Source of the DNA: a bacterium
Lineage (GTDB): Bacteria; UBA8248
Direction of reading: 5' to 3'
Assembly: GCA_965219955.1 (NCBI GenBank)
Contig: OZ244799.1
Span: forward strand, 1,568,001 to 1,632,000
Length of the DNA stretch: 64,000 nucleotides
Below, one piece after another: positions 1-9,845 of this stretch. The notes under the pieces are model-generated. The model worked only from the letters and a program-made list of their open reading frames with translations. It made no database searches and was not told where the DNA came from. Numbering within the stretch: the first letter of the stretch is position 1; every line of letters starts with the position of its first letter. The translations under genes were made by a program, and so were the position numbers.

Positions 1-728
1 GCCACCAGGGGCGTCACGCGCGACACCTCCCCCATGCTCAGGGCGGCCATCAACGTCAACTGGGCGGCCGCCATCGCGAGACCCGCCAGGATGAAGTTTC
101 CGAGCGAGGCCCTGTTGAACACGAACGGGCTCCACCCGGTGCTCACCTTCAGGATCAAGGGACCCAGGGCGCATGCCGAGACGGATTGCAGAAAGCCCCC
201 GAAAACAAGGGATTCCACGCCTCCCAGCCCCATTTTCCTGAACGTGTGGGCGAGCCCCATAAAGGCCGCCGCGGTCACCGGCAACAGTAGCACGCGGCCC
301 CTGGCGAGCGGACCTCCTCCGCTCGTCATGCAGAAAACACCGGCCACGACGACGAGGATACCCAGCCACAAGATGGCCGGCGGGCGTTCCCCCAGCACCA
401 GAAACGCCCAGAACGCCCCGAAAATGGGGTGGGTGTTGGAGATGGGGCTGGTGGAGGCGACGCCGATCCTCTGGATGGAGCGGAACAGGAACATCAGCGA
501 CAGCGCGGGCGAGGAAATCCCCGCCGCCAGAAAAGCGATCCAGTAGACCGAAACCGATATTTTGGAGAAATCCACGACCACCAGACAGGAGGAGAAGAAG
601 ACAAGCTGCATGATCAGGACGACCAGGCTGCCCGTGTGCGGCGTGCTGCCGTCCAGCCCCCTCTTGGTCATGATGCTCGAGAGGGCGAAGAAGATGGCCG
701 GGCTCAGGGCAACCAATTCAAACGGCAT
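1..728 (-). CDS. EamA/DMT family transporter (3' end runs off the window)
   Basis: Manual minus-strand translation from ATG at 728, with GGAG upstream: MPFELVALSPAIFFALSSIMTKRGL...LGERP...ALSMGEVSRVTPLV. Multi-TM with EamA motifs. Absent from the ORF track because it is truncated. Confidence 0.8.
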   Translation of the reverse strand, partial: MPFELVALSPAIFFALSSIMTKRGLDGSTPHTGSLVVLIMQLVFFSSCLVVVDFSKISVSVYWIAFLAAGISSPALSLMFLFRSIQRIGVASTSPISNTHPIFGAFWAFLVLGERPPAILWLGILVVVAGVFCMTSGGGPLARGRVLLLPVTAAAFMGLAHTFRKMGLGGVESLVFGGFLQSVSACALGPLILKVSTGWSPFVFNRASLGNFILAGLAMAAAQLTLMAALSMGEVSRVTPLV

Positions 729-780
729 TCATACTCCGACCCGGCCGGCCTCCATCGGCCTGTCCGGCTTGGGGAATCGC

Positions 781-1728
781 TTACATGACCCCTGGATTCA
801 CGATGTTTACGGGCCTTTGGCCGCCCAAGGCCAGGCGCATGTTCTCCGCGGTGCGGTCCATCGCGGCGGTTTGCGTCTCCGGCGTCCGGGAAGCGTGGTG
901 CGGGCTGATGATGACGTTCTCGAGCCCCCACAGGCCATGATCCTTGGGAAGAGGCTCGGGATCGGTGACGTCGAGTCCCGCGCCCGCGAGATGGCCGCCA
1001 CGCATCACCTCAAGAAGATCGTCACTCACCACGGCTGGGCCTCTCGAAACGTTGATGAGAATGGCGTCCGCCTTCATTTTCAAGAGATTCGCCCTGTTCA
1101 TGATGCCCCGCATCTCGGGCGCCAGGGGCATGCACAGAATCAGGAAATCGGCGCGCGGCAGGAGCGCGTCGAAAGAGGTGAACTCGAGCGTCGCCTCGGG
1201 CACGTAGGAGGGATCCTCCGTCCGCGTATTGATGAGCAAATCCATGCCGAAACCATGGCCGATGCGCGCCGCCCTCCTGCCGATGTCACCGAGACCCACG
1301 ATGCCGAGCGATTTGCCGCCCAACTGCACCGCGGGCACGTGCTCCCAGGTTTCCTGCTCATCCCGCATCCAGGCGTGGCGCGCGACGTAGAGCGCCATGA
1401 AAAAAGCGTGCTCCGCGACCGAGCGCCCCCGCACGCCCTCGACGTTGCACACCATGACGCCGCGCTCGTTCGCCGCGTCGACGTCGATGTTGTCCACGCC
1501 AGCACCCGGCTTGGCCACCACCTTGAGATTCGGCGCCATGTCCATCATCTCGGGCGAGACGGGCCGAAACACCGTCAGTATGCCCTCCGAATCCGGCAGC
1601 AGCGGCTCGATGGCCTCCGGCGTGTACTCGGCCGGGGCGACGACCTCGTGCTCCGCGCCCAGCCAGTCGGAGGCCACGTTCCACGCGCGCGTCGAATACA
1701 GCGGATCGATAAGCACTACTTTCGCCAT
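781..1728 (-). CDS. D-isomer-specific 2-hydroxyacid dehydrogenase
   Basis: GAGVDNID, GIVGLGDIG, INVSRG, LDVTDPEP and ISPH motifs. Confidence 0.9.
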   Translation of the reverse strand: MAKVVLIDPLYSTRAWNVASDWLGAEHEVVAPAEYTPEAIEPLLPDSEGILTVFRPVSPEMMDMAPNLKVVAKPGAGVDNIDVDAANERGVMVCNVEGVRGRSVAEHAFFMALYVARHAWMRDEQETWEHVPAVQLGGKSLGIVGLGDIGRRAARIGHGFGMDLLINTRTEDPSYVPEATLEFTSFDALLPRADFLILCMPLAPEMRGIMNRANLLKMKADAILINVSRGPAVVSDDLLEVMRGGHLAGAGLDVTDPEPLPKDHGLWGLENVIISPHHASRTPETQTAAMDRTAENMRLALGGQRPVNIVNPGVM

Positions 1729-1888
1729 GACGTATATCCTTTTATGAAAAATCGCTCGCAAGCCTCGCCGGAGGCAAGCGATGCTCCCCGGACGAAGCCG
1801 TCTATGGACTTAAAGATGATTCGCAGAACGGGAGCGGAACACCGCACCCGGACTGCCCAAGCGGGCGGCTTCCGCCATATTTGCCTTT

Positions 1889-2980
1889 TTACCCGATGAT
1901 CTTGAGTTCAGGCACCGATATGGGCCCCGATGCGTTGGCGATGGCCACCTGCTCGGCCACTTTTCTGGCCGCCTCGCGAAACGCCCTGGCTGTCGGATGA
2001 TCGGGTTCTCCCATAACGACGGGCACGCCGGAGTCTCCTCCCACCCTCACCTTGATGTCCAGTGGAATGGCGCCCAGGAACGGGACTTCGTAGCGCTGGG
2101 AGGCTTTCTCCCCGCCGCCCGTGTCGAAGATGTTCTCGCGATGCCCGCATTCGGGGCACATGTAGTAGCTCATGTTTTCGATGATCCCGAGAATGGGCAC
2201 GTCGGTTTTCCGGAACATCTGCAGGCCCTTGCGCGCATCGAGAAGAGCGATGTCCTGCGGCGTGCTGACGATGACGGCGCCCGCCAGGGATACCTGCTGC
2301 ACGATGGTCAGTTGCGCGTCGCCGGTGCCGGGAGGCAGGTCCAGAACCAGATAGTCGAGTTCCCCCCAAATCGTCTCGCTCAAAAACTGCACGAGTGCCC
2401 GCATGACCATGGGGCCGCGCCAGATGACGGGGCTGTCCTCATCGACCAGAAACCCCATCGACATGACCTTTAGCCCATGAGCCTCCAATGGCCTTATCTT
2501 GTTCCCCTCCTCGGCGATGGGACGCGCTGTGGGAATTCCGAGCATCAGGGGCTGGCTCGGCCCGTATATGTCCGCGTCGAGCACCCCCACCTTGGCGCCT
2601 TCCCGGCTCAGGGCGAGCGCGATGTTCACCGCCACGGTGGACTTGCCAACCCCGCCCTTCCCGCTCGCTATGGCGATGATGTTCTTCACACCCGCGACGT
2701 CCATTTTGCCGGCCATCGAGGGACGCGCGGTGACGTGGCTCGTCACCCGGACGTTCACCGAATTCACGTTCTCCAAAGAACCGACGGCCAGCTTGCATTC
2801 CTGCTCGAATTCTTCCTTTCGCGGATGCGCGGGCGTCGTCAACTGCAGTGTGAAGGCGACTGCATCTCCACAAATCTGCACATCCTTGATCATGTTGAGA
2901 CTCACGAGGTCTTTTCCGACCTCTGGGTCTCGCACCTTTTTCAGAGCCTCGACAACCTGGGCTTCGGTAGCTTCTGCCAT
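1889..2980 (-). CDS. mrp: Mrp/ApbC Fe-S cluster carrier ATPase
   Basis: SGKGGVGKST, DADIYGPS, WRGPM, DLPPGTGD and ENMS..CPEC motifs. Confidence 0.95.
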   Translation of the reverse strand: MAEATEAQVVEALKKVRDPEVGKDLVSLNMIKDVQICGDAVAFTLQLTTPAHPRKEEFEQECKLAVGSLENVNSVNVRVTSHVTARPSMAGKMDVAGVKNIIAIASGKGGVGKSTVAVNIALALSREGAKVGVLDADIYGPSQPLMLGIPTARPIAEEGNKIRPLEAHGLKVMSMGFLVDEDSPVIWRGPMVMRALVQFLSETIWGELDYLVLDLPPGTGDAQLTIVQQVSLAGAVIVSTPQDIALLDARKGLQMFRKTDVPILGIIENMSYYMCPECGHRENIFDTGGGEKASQRYEVPFLGAIPLDIKVRVGGDSGVPVVMGEPDHPTARAFREAARKVAEQVAIANASGPISVPELKIIG

Positions 2981-3277
2981 TGAAGGAATCCTCTAATCCA
3001 AAATGGGACACGCGCTGAAAAATCGCTTGCCGACAAGCGGAATTCTCACATCAATCAGTTTTCATCTTATCCCCCGGATTTTTTTGAGTGTCAAACGTGA
3101 AAGCGGAACCAATATTGTACGGATCGCGCAAAACCGGGAAAAACGCCTTTCTCGGTTGACGCATCGACTCCATCTCATTATTTTTAGGCCGTCTCGTTTT
3201 GTTGATTCAGGACATATCCGAGCGATTCACACGACCATGACAGATGAAAAGTAGCAAAAACAAGGAGAATCAACCCT

Positions 3278-4078
3278 TTGGATATCATCGTCTGCATCAA
3301 GCAAGTACAAGACCCCGACATCCCTCCCCGCGATTTCAAGGTGGATGAGGAGAAGATGGATGTCATACCACCCGCGAACGTATCACCCGTCATCAACGGC
3401 TTTTGCGAAAACGCCGTCGAGGCGGCCATCAACCTCAAGGAGGAACACGGCGGAAAAGTCACCGTCGTGACGATGGGCGACGAAAAAGCCAGAGATGGTC
3501 TCAAAAAATGCCTGGCCATGGGGTGTGATGAAGCCGTTTTGCTCCAGGATGAAGCTTTCGAGGGTTCCGACGCTTTCGCCACGGCGCGAATTCTGGCAGG
3601 CGCCATTCAAAAGCTGGATAGCTTCGACGTTATTCTCTGCGGCAGGCTGAGCAGTGACTGGAGCTATGGCACCACCGCCCTCGCCCTCGCCGAAGCGCTC
3701 GACCTCCCGAGCGTAAGCCAGCTGCAGAAAGTGGAGAAAACCGACTCGGGGATCCGGTGCGAACGCGCTTTGGAAGACGGCGTGGAGGTCGTGGAAGTAT
3801 CGACCCCGTGCCTGCTGACCGCCAGCAACGAGATCAACACGCCCCGCCTCCCCTCGGTGAAAGGCATCCTGATGGCGTCGCGCAAGCAGATTCCCGTCTG
3901 GGGCACGGCGGACGTCGGCATAGACCCCGCATCGGTCGGAAAAGAGGCGGCTACTTTTGAAGTCACCAAATTCTACAAGCCCGTTTTTGACGGGAACTGC
4001 GAATTCATCGAAGGCGAATCACTCGAAGAAGCAGCCGGCGCCCTGGCGCTTCGCCTTCGTGAAGATAAAATCATCTAA
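3278..4078 (+). CDS. etfB: Electron transfer flavoprotein beta subunit
   Basis: IIVCIKQV, NAVEAA, LAMGCD and PRLPS motifs; TTG start with GGAG RBS. Confidence 0.93.
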   Translation: MDIIVCIKQVQDPDIPPRDFKVDEEKMDVIPPANVSPVINGFCENAVEAAINLKEEHGGKVTVVTMGDEKARDGLKKCLAMGCDEAVLLQDEAFEGSDAFATARILAGAIQKLDSFDVILCGRLSSDWSYGTTALALAEALDLPSVSQLQKVEKTDSGIRCERALEDGVEVVEVSTPCLLTASNEINTPRLPSVKGILMASRKQIPVWGTADVGIDPASVGKEAATFEVTKFYKPVFDGNCEFIEGESLEEAAGALALRLREDKII

Positions 4079-4084
4079 GGGAGA

Positions 4085-5089
4085 ATGAACAACATCATGT
4101 CGAACAACGTCCTCATTCTGGCCGAGCGCGCGGGAGACAAACTCGCGCTCGTGAGCAGTGAGCTTTGCGGTATCGGACGAAAACTCGCCGACGAAAAAGG
4201 GGGTTCTCTGGTGGCCCTCCTCCTCGGCGGTGCCGGCACGCATGAACTGGCGAAAGGACTCATCGCCCTGGGAGCCGACAAGGTGCTGGCGGCCGAGTCG
4301 GATATTCTCGAAGGCTACACCAATGCGGCGTATCTGAAAGTCATCGACGCCGTCATCGGAGAGGAGAGCCCGAACATCTTGCTGGTCGCCAATACCTCCA
4401 TGGGGCGGGACGTCGCGCCCAGGCTCGCCTTCCGGCGTGGCGCCAGCTACGCGCACGACTGCACGGACCTCTCGATTGAGGACGGAATGCTCGCGGCAGT
4501 CCGCCCGGTCCACGGAGGCAGCGCCATCAGCCACGTCCGCTCGAAGACGGATTCCCTCTCCATCGCGTCCACGCGCGCGAAAGCCCTGCCGCTGGCCGAT
4601 GTCGAAGAGGGCCGCGAGGGCGAGTTCATGGAAATCGGCGTTTCCGTGGATGCAGACGAGATTCGAATGAATTTCGTGGAGGCGAAAAAGGTGGAAGCCG
4701 AAGGCGTGCGTCTCGAAGATGCGGAAATCGTCGTGAGCGGCGGACGCGGTCTGGGAGGCCCTGAGAATTTCGAATACTTACAGGATCTCGCCCAGGTTCT
4801 CAAAGCGGCCGTGGGCGCGAGCCGCGCCGCCGTCGACGCCGGCTGGGTGCCGACGCCCATGCAGGTGGGCCAGACGGGCAAGATCGTGAGCCCGAACCTC
4901 TATATCGCCGTCGGCATCTCGGGCGCCATGCAGCACATGGTCGGAGCGGGGCCAAGCAAGAACATCGTGGCCATCAACACGGACGCCGAAGCGCCCATTT
5001 TCCAGCGCGCGCGCTACGGCATCGTGGGCGACTACAAGAAAGTCATTCCCGCCCTGACGGAGAAATGCAAGGAGTTAATGGATTCCTAG
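4085..5089 (+). CDS. etfA: Electron transfer flavoprotein alpha subunit
   Basis: [24 protein letters not shown] and GISGAMQH motifs. Confidence 0.95.
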   Translation: MNNIMSNNVLILAERAGDKLALVSSELCGIGRKLADEKGGSLVALLLGGAGTHELAKGLIALGADKVLAAESDILEGYTNAAYLKVIDAVIGEESPNILLVANTSMGRDVAPRLAFRRGASYAHDCTDLSIEDGMLAAVRPVHGGSAISHVRSKTDSLSIASTRAKALPLADVEEGREGEFMEIGVSVDADEIRMNFVEAKKVEAEGVRLEDAEIVVSGGRGLGGPENFEYLQDLAQVLKAAVGASRAAVDAGWVPTPMQVGQTGKIVSPNLYIAVGISGAMQHMVGAGPSKNIVAINTDAEAPIFQRARYGIVGDYKKVIPALTEKCKELMDS

Positions 5090-5092
5090 CCC

Positions 5093-5827
5093 TCAGGCCA
5101 GCGGCTGATAGGCCCAGACGACGCGGCCCACGATTCTATCGGCAGGTTCCTCACCGTCCAAATCGATATGGGTGACCGCCTCATCCCGATTCTCCGGCAC
5201 CAGCCATAGACGCGGCGGGGTCCATTGCAACCGCTTGAGCGTACACCCACCGGATTCATCCCGAACGGCGTAAATACCCTCTGAAACGATCGCCTTGTCA
5301 CGGCGATCGATGACGACCACGGCTCCCGGCTGTATCAGGGGAACCATGCTGCGGCCCATCTCCCGGTCCACCCGAACCGAGACCAAATCTCCACGCCCTG
5401 CAATTTGAGAGACGTGGATGAGCGCGTATTCCTCGATTTGCTCATCCACGATTCTGGCGCTGCCCGCCGCGATGGAGCCCGACACCAAAGGCACGGCGCG
5501 AAACTCCGCGTCGCTTACCTTGCCCGGCGCCAGCAGGTTATCACTCATGCTCAAGGTGACGTCCAAAGGCCCGACGCCCGGAATTTCCGGCGCGCCGGTC
5601 CGGCCCAGCAGCCAATCGCCGGACACGTCGAGCACTTTTGCGATTTCAAAGAGCTTGCTCGCGCTCGGTTCGTTCTGGCCCTGCTCATAGCGTGTGAGAT
5701 TCGCCCATGTGACCCCTGCGGCTCGCGCCAATTGGTTGCGGTTCCATCCCTTGCGCTCGCGCGCACGCGCGATGCGGCGTCCCAGTTCGAGCGCATACTC
5801 CGATCGGGGTTTGGGAGATTCGGGCAT
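5093..5827 (-). CDS. XRE HTH / S24 peptidase repressor (CI/LexA-like)
   Basis: N-terminal HTH (LARAAGVT..YEQG..EP), IAAG cleavage site, GRSMVP catalytic Ser, TLKRL Lys, LVPEN. Confidence 0.88.
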   Translation of the reverse strand: MPESPKPRSEYALELGRRIARARERKGWNRNQLARAAGVTWANLTRYEQGQNEPSASKLFEIAKVLDVSGDWLLGRTGAPEIPGVGPLDVTLSMSDNLLAPGKVSDAEFRAVPLVSGSIAAGSARIVDEQIEEYALIHVSQIAGRGDLVSVRVDREMGRSMVPLIQPGAVVVIDRRDKAIVSEGIYAVRDESGGCTLKRLQWTPPRLWLVPENRDEAVTHIDLDGEEPADRIVGRVVWAYQPLA

Positions 5828-5962
5828 AGGCTTCGTGGAGGGCTTGAAAACTCCCCTCTCCGGGGCGGATGTCGCAGATAGACACCTAGCCTATCACATT
5901 TCGACCGTTCATCGAAAAGACGGGGTCCTTGCCATCAGACGACAAGGACCCCGGAAGATAGA

Positions 5963-6652
5963 CTAATCGTCAAGAACCGCCACCGCGCGGACGGGGCTTC
6001 CCGTGCCTTCACGGAATTTCAGAGGCAGGGAAATGAACTGGAACTCGCCCTTGCCGAGCAGGGCTTCCAAGTTGCACAGGCTTTCCAGGTGGGTGATTCC
6101 CCTCTCCCAGCAGGTTTTGTGAACCAGGGCGTTCACGTCGCCTTCGGGGCCGGGACGCATGGAATCGATCCCGAAATGGACGATTCCCTGATCCGCCAAC
6201 CATTCGGTGGCTTCCACGTTGATGCCCGGATTATCCGTGCCATACGCCTTCGTCGGGAAAGTGCGGGCATGATGGCCCGTACAGAGCAGGATGGTGCCGC
6301 CCTGGGGAACCGGGAGGCCGGTCTTCTTCACCGCTGCGTCGAGGTCCGCCGAGCTGATTTCCGCCCTCGGTTCAATATGCTGCAAATCGATGCAGATGCC
6401 GCGCACGATGCAGTTCTCGAGCGGGTACTCGTTCATCGGCTGCGCGTCCTGGTGGAAATGACGCGGCGCGTCGAGGTGCGTGGTGCCGTGCTCGGGCATG
6501 GTGACGAAGTTCAGGGCGTTTCCCCAGACGTTGCCCGAGTCCTTGAAGGCCTCTTCGTGGTTTTTCCACTCGGCGTAGAGGATGGGCGGCTGGCCCGGAT
6601 ATGCGGGCGTGCGGTGGTAGATCTCTCGTGAAAGGTCAACGATGGTAGGCAT
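5963..6652 (-). CDS. Cyclase family metal-dependent hydrolase (kynurenine formamidase-like)
   Basis: HGTTHLDAPRH, HLESLCNL and GTGSPVRAVA motifs. Confidence 0.88.
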   Translation of the reverse strand: MPTIVDLSREIYHRTPAYPGQPPILYAEWKNHEEAFKDSGNVWGNALNFVTMPEHGTTHLDAPRHFHQDAQPMNEYPLENCIVRGICIDLQHIEPRAEISSADLDAAVKKTGLPVPQGGTILLCTGHHARTFPTKAYGTDNPGINVEATEWLADQGIVHFGIDSMRPGPEGDVNALVHKTCWERGITHLESLCNLEALLGKGEFQFISLPLKFREGTGSPVRAVAVLDD

Positions 6653-6672
6653 AGATTTTTTCTCCTTTTCGC

Positions 6673-7914
6673 CTAAACGGTGCAGCGCAATATATGCAGT
6701 CCGTGGTTCTTGTCCGTCACGTAAATGATTCCGCGCCTGTCGACGATGACGTCCTCGCTCTGGGTGACGAGCGTCTTGGGCAGCATTCCGAGGCGTTTCG
6801 TCGGGTCGGCGGGGATATAGTGCGCGATCTCGCGCGGATGGATGGGTTCGGAGATATCATAGACCCTGAGGCCTGCGTTGAAATACGTCAGATAAACCCG
6901 GTCTTCCCTTTGCTCGAGACAGTCGAGCCCCTGGGGGTGGTGCTGGTTATGCGGGCCGAAGCGCCCGCCGCGCTCGCAGAAGCTCTTGTGGGAATAGCCG
7001 GGCGGCGGCTCGGGCACCGGGAAGAGCGACATGAGCCTCGGGTTCGCCTCGTCTTCGATGTCGATGATCGCCGTGTAGTTGAGCGGCTCGTCGCAATTTT
7101 CCTTGAGCGCCTCGCTGTTGATGATGGCGAACCCCCGGTTGAGATAGGGATACGCCGTGTGGACGGCGATCGCGCTGCCCAGCGGCGGGTAGACGTTGAA
7201 GCGGCTGATGATCCTGGGGCTGGAAATGTCCTCGATGTCCGCGATGACGAACCCGCCGCGCGCGTAAGGAAGATACGCCCGCCCGTTTTCGGCATGGGCC
7301 GGCCCGTGCTGGAACACGCGCATCCCCTCGCTCCAGTCGTCCGACATATCGGTCTCTGCCCCCTCCTGCTCGGGGAGCCAGAAGCGCCCCGCTTCTTTGG
7401 GATTCCGGGGATCGGCCAGATCCAGAATGCGGTAGATGTTCCCGTCGTAGCCGGACGCGTATGCGGAGAGATGGGCGTAGCGGCCGCCGTTATAGAAATT
7501 GCGGTGCGTCCCGTCGGCCCCCGTTTGCCAGTGCGAAATGAGTTGCGGATCGGCGGGGTCTTTTTTCACGTCCCAGATGTAGACGCCCTCGGCATCGGGC
7601 GGATCCTCGGGCCTCGGCCCCCAGCCCGGAGGGATTCTCTCCAGGGAAGTGATGAGCAAACCATCCGCCACCTGGACCTGCAGCGTCCAGGTGTTGTCTG
7701 GCCCCTCGATGAACTTGAGGAGTTCGGGGTTTTCGGGATCAGTTACGTCCAGGACGCTCCAGCCGCTCACCCAGAATTGCGAGAGGTAGAGGTAAAACCG
7801 ACCGTCCACCTCCTGAATCGCCGTCTTGAAGGCGGGCCTGTCTTCCAGGTCGTGGTAGCCGAGCAACTCCATGTTTTCGCTGCTGATTGCGGCAGGCGCC
7901 TGCGCGAGACTCAT
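6673..7914 (-). CDS. LVIVD-repeat beta-propeller protein
   Basis: Repeated xLDxxDPxxP units; GGRFGPHN and YFNAGLRVYDI motifs. Confidence 0.8.
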   Translation of the reverse strand: MSLAQAPAAISSENMELLGYHDLEDRPAFKTAIQEVDGRFYLYLSQFWVSGWSVLDVTDPENPELLKFIEGPDNTWTLQVQVADGLLITSLERIPPGWGPRPEDPPDAEGVYIWDVKKDPADPQLISHWQTGADGTHRNFYNGGRYAHLSAYASGYDGNIYRILDLADPRNPKEAGRFWLPEQEGAETDMSDDWSEGMRVFQHGPAHAENGRAYLPYARGGFVIADIEDISSPRIISRFNVYPPLGSAIAVHTAYPYLNRGFAIINSEALKENCDEPLNYTAIIDIEDEANPRLMSLFPVPEPPPGYSHKSFCERGGRFGPHNQHHPQGLDCLEQREDRVYLTYFNAGLRVYDISEPIHPREIAHYIPADPTKRLGMLPKTLVTQSEDVIVDRRGIIYVTDKNHGLHILRCTV

Positions 7915-8108
7915 CGCATCCTCACTTAAGATGTTCACTTTGACTCTTCGCCAAAATGTGGAAGAGAATATCTGTCGAATTGATTGCTGAACCATGCCTT
8001 ATGTACCCCACTACCGCATGGTGGTAAAGTCCCGCAGCGACTTTGACGCATACAAGCTGAATCGCGTCGCAGGGCCTTTCACCAAGCGCACCGGAAAGCG
8101 GAGAAGGT

Positions 8109-8873
8109 ATGACCTCACCCGGCGTGGATTTAAGCGGCAAGACAGCCTGCATCACGGGCGGCGGCCAGGGGCTGGGCGCCTCGATGGCCATCGCACTGGC
8201 GGAGGCGGGCGCGGACCTCGTCCTCATCGGCAGACGGCCCGAGCCGATGGCCGAGACCGCGAAGGAATGCGAGGAATTCGGCGTCCAGGCCAGACCCGCC
8301 GTCTGCGACGTCACGGATCCGGCCCGTGTGAACGCTTTGTTCGAGCAGGTCAACAGGGAACTCGGCGGCCCGCACATTCTCATCAACAACGCGGGCGTGT
8401 CGCTCCCCAGCCCGATTCTCGAAATGACGAACGAAATCTGGCACCAGACCATCGATTTGAACCTGAGCGGCATGTTCTATTGCTGCCGGGCGGCGGTGCG
8501 CTTCATGCTCGAGGCGGGAGGAGGCAAAATCGTCAACCTCGGCTCGGGCGCTGGAAGCCGGGGCCGCCCCAACCAGGTGGCCTATGCGGCGTCAAAAGCA
8601 GGCGTGAGAGGATTCACCGAGGCGCTCGCCGTAGAACTCGCGGAGAAAAACATTCAGGTGAACAACATCGCGCCGGGCCGCTTCCCCACCCCGATGACGG
8701 TCGATCGCATCGCCGACCCGGCGCAGAGCGAGGAATTCCTGCGTTACGTTCCCATGAGGCGCTACGGCGAACTCGAAGAAATCCGGCCCCTCGTCATCTA
8801 TCTTTGCGGCCCCCAAAGCGACTTCATGACGGGGCAGACGATATACCTCGACGGCGGCAGCAGCGCGCTCTAG
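8109..8873 (+). CDS. SDR family oxidoreductase (classical)
   Basis: TGGGQGLG, NNAG, YAASK and MTGQTIYLDGG motifs. Confidence 0.92.
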   Translation: MTSPGVDLSGKTACITGGGQGLGASMAIALAEAGADLVLIGRRPEPMAETAKECEEFGVQARPAVCDVTDPARVNALFEQVNRELGGPHILINNAGVSLPSPILEMTNEIWHQTIDLNLSGMFYCCRAAVRFMLEAGGGKIVNLGSGAGSRGRPNQVAYAASKAGVRGFTEALAVELAEKNIQVNNIAPGRFPTPMTVDRIADPAQSEEFLRYVPMRRYGELEEIRPLVIYLCGPQSDFMTGQTIYLDGGSSAL

Positions 8874-9664
8874 GCCCTCACCACGTCGCACCGACCGCCG
8901 TCCACGTTGATGGACTCGCCCGTGATGTTCGAAGCCAGGCCGGAGACCAGGAACAACGCTGCGTTCGCACAATCCTCGGCGCGCGTGAGGCGGCCCATGG
9001 GCAATTCGGCGCGTCTTTCGGCATCCACTTCCTCATAAGCGCGATTCGTGAGTTCCGCGATTTTCGTCGTCTGCCGGACGTATCTCGGGGTGTCCGTCGT
9101 GCCCGGATTGATGAGGTTCACGCGGATGTTCTCCGGGGCGAGCCTGCGGGCGAGTTGATGCTTGTAGGCGGCGAGACCTGCGTTCGGAATGCAGCCCGAG
9201 CCGTGGTACTCGGAGGTATGGACGTGACTCAGCCCCGAGAAATAGACGATGACGCCCTCGCCCCGCTTCCTCATCTGCGGAATCACGGCCTTCGTCAAAC
9301 GGATGGCGGCGCGGAGCTTCAAGTCGATGGCGAGGTCGATGTCCTCATCCGTCGTCACGATGGGGTCTGTGCGCCTGCTCACGCCCGCGGCGCTGATGAG
9401 AAAATCGATTCCCCCGAGCCGGGCGCAGGTCTCCTCGACGACGCGCCCGGTTTGACCCTCAGCGGTGAGGTCGCCCGCCATCACCTCCGCGCGTCCTCCG
9501 GCGGCGACGATGTCCGAGGCGGTCTGCTTCAAATTTTCCTCGTTCCGGGCCGCGAGCGCGACCGATGCCCCCGCGCGCGCCAACACCATGGCGCACGCTT
9601 GCCCGATGCCCTGGCTCGAACCCGTCACCAAGGCGATTTTCCCGCTCAAATCTATCGTGATCAT
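8870..9664 (-). CDS. SDR family oxidoreductase (atypical active site)
   Basis: TGSSQGIG, VNLINPG and ITGESINVDGG present; no canonical YxxxK. Confidence 0.88.
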   Translation of the reverse strand: MITIDLSGKIALVTGSSQGIGQACAMVLARAGASVALAARNEENLKQTASDIVAAGGRAEVMAGDLTAEGQTGRVVEETCARLGGIDFLISAAGVSRRTDPIVTTDEDIDLAIDLKLRAAIRLTKAVIPQMRKRGEGVIVYFSGLSHVHTSEYHGSGCIPNAGLAAYKHQLARRLAPENIRVNLINPGTTDTPRYVRQTTKIAELTNRAYEEVDAERRAELPMGRLTRAEDCANAALFLVSGLASNITGESINVDGGRCDVVRA

Positions 9665-9845
9665 CTGTTTCCCTTTCTCGGCGATCCGTTCATACTCGTA
9701 ACCGCACCCGGAGCGGATGCGGAGAAAATGCGCGACCTCGAAAACCTTCGGCCGGGCGCTGGATTTTCATGACGATTTTTCTTATACACGACTTGTCCTT
9801 CGGCGGCATTCCAGGCGGCGTTCACTTTCACAAAGGCGGCGGCCC

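Noticed and set aside
562-1899. Long antisense ORFs (also 7994-9772, 36302-37846, 53507-54832, 54829-56673)
   Set aside because: Shadow frames of GC-rich genes with no recognisable motifs.
5093-5960. Prophage
   Set aside because: Only a repressor-like gene; no structural, replication or integrase genes.
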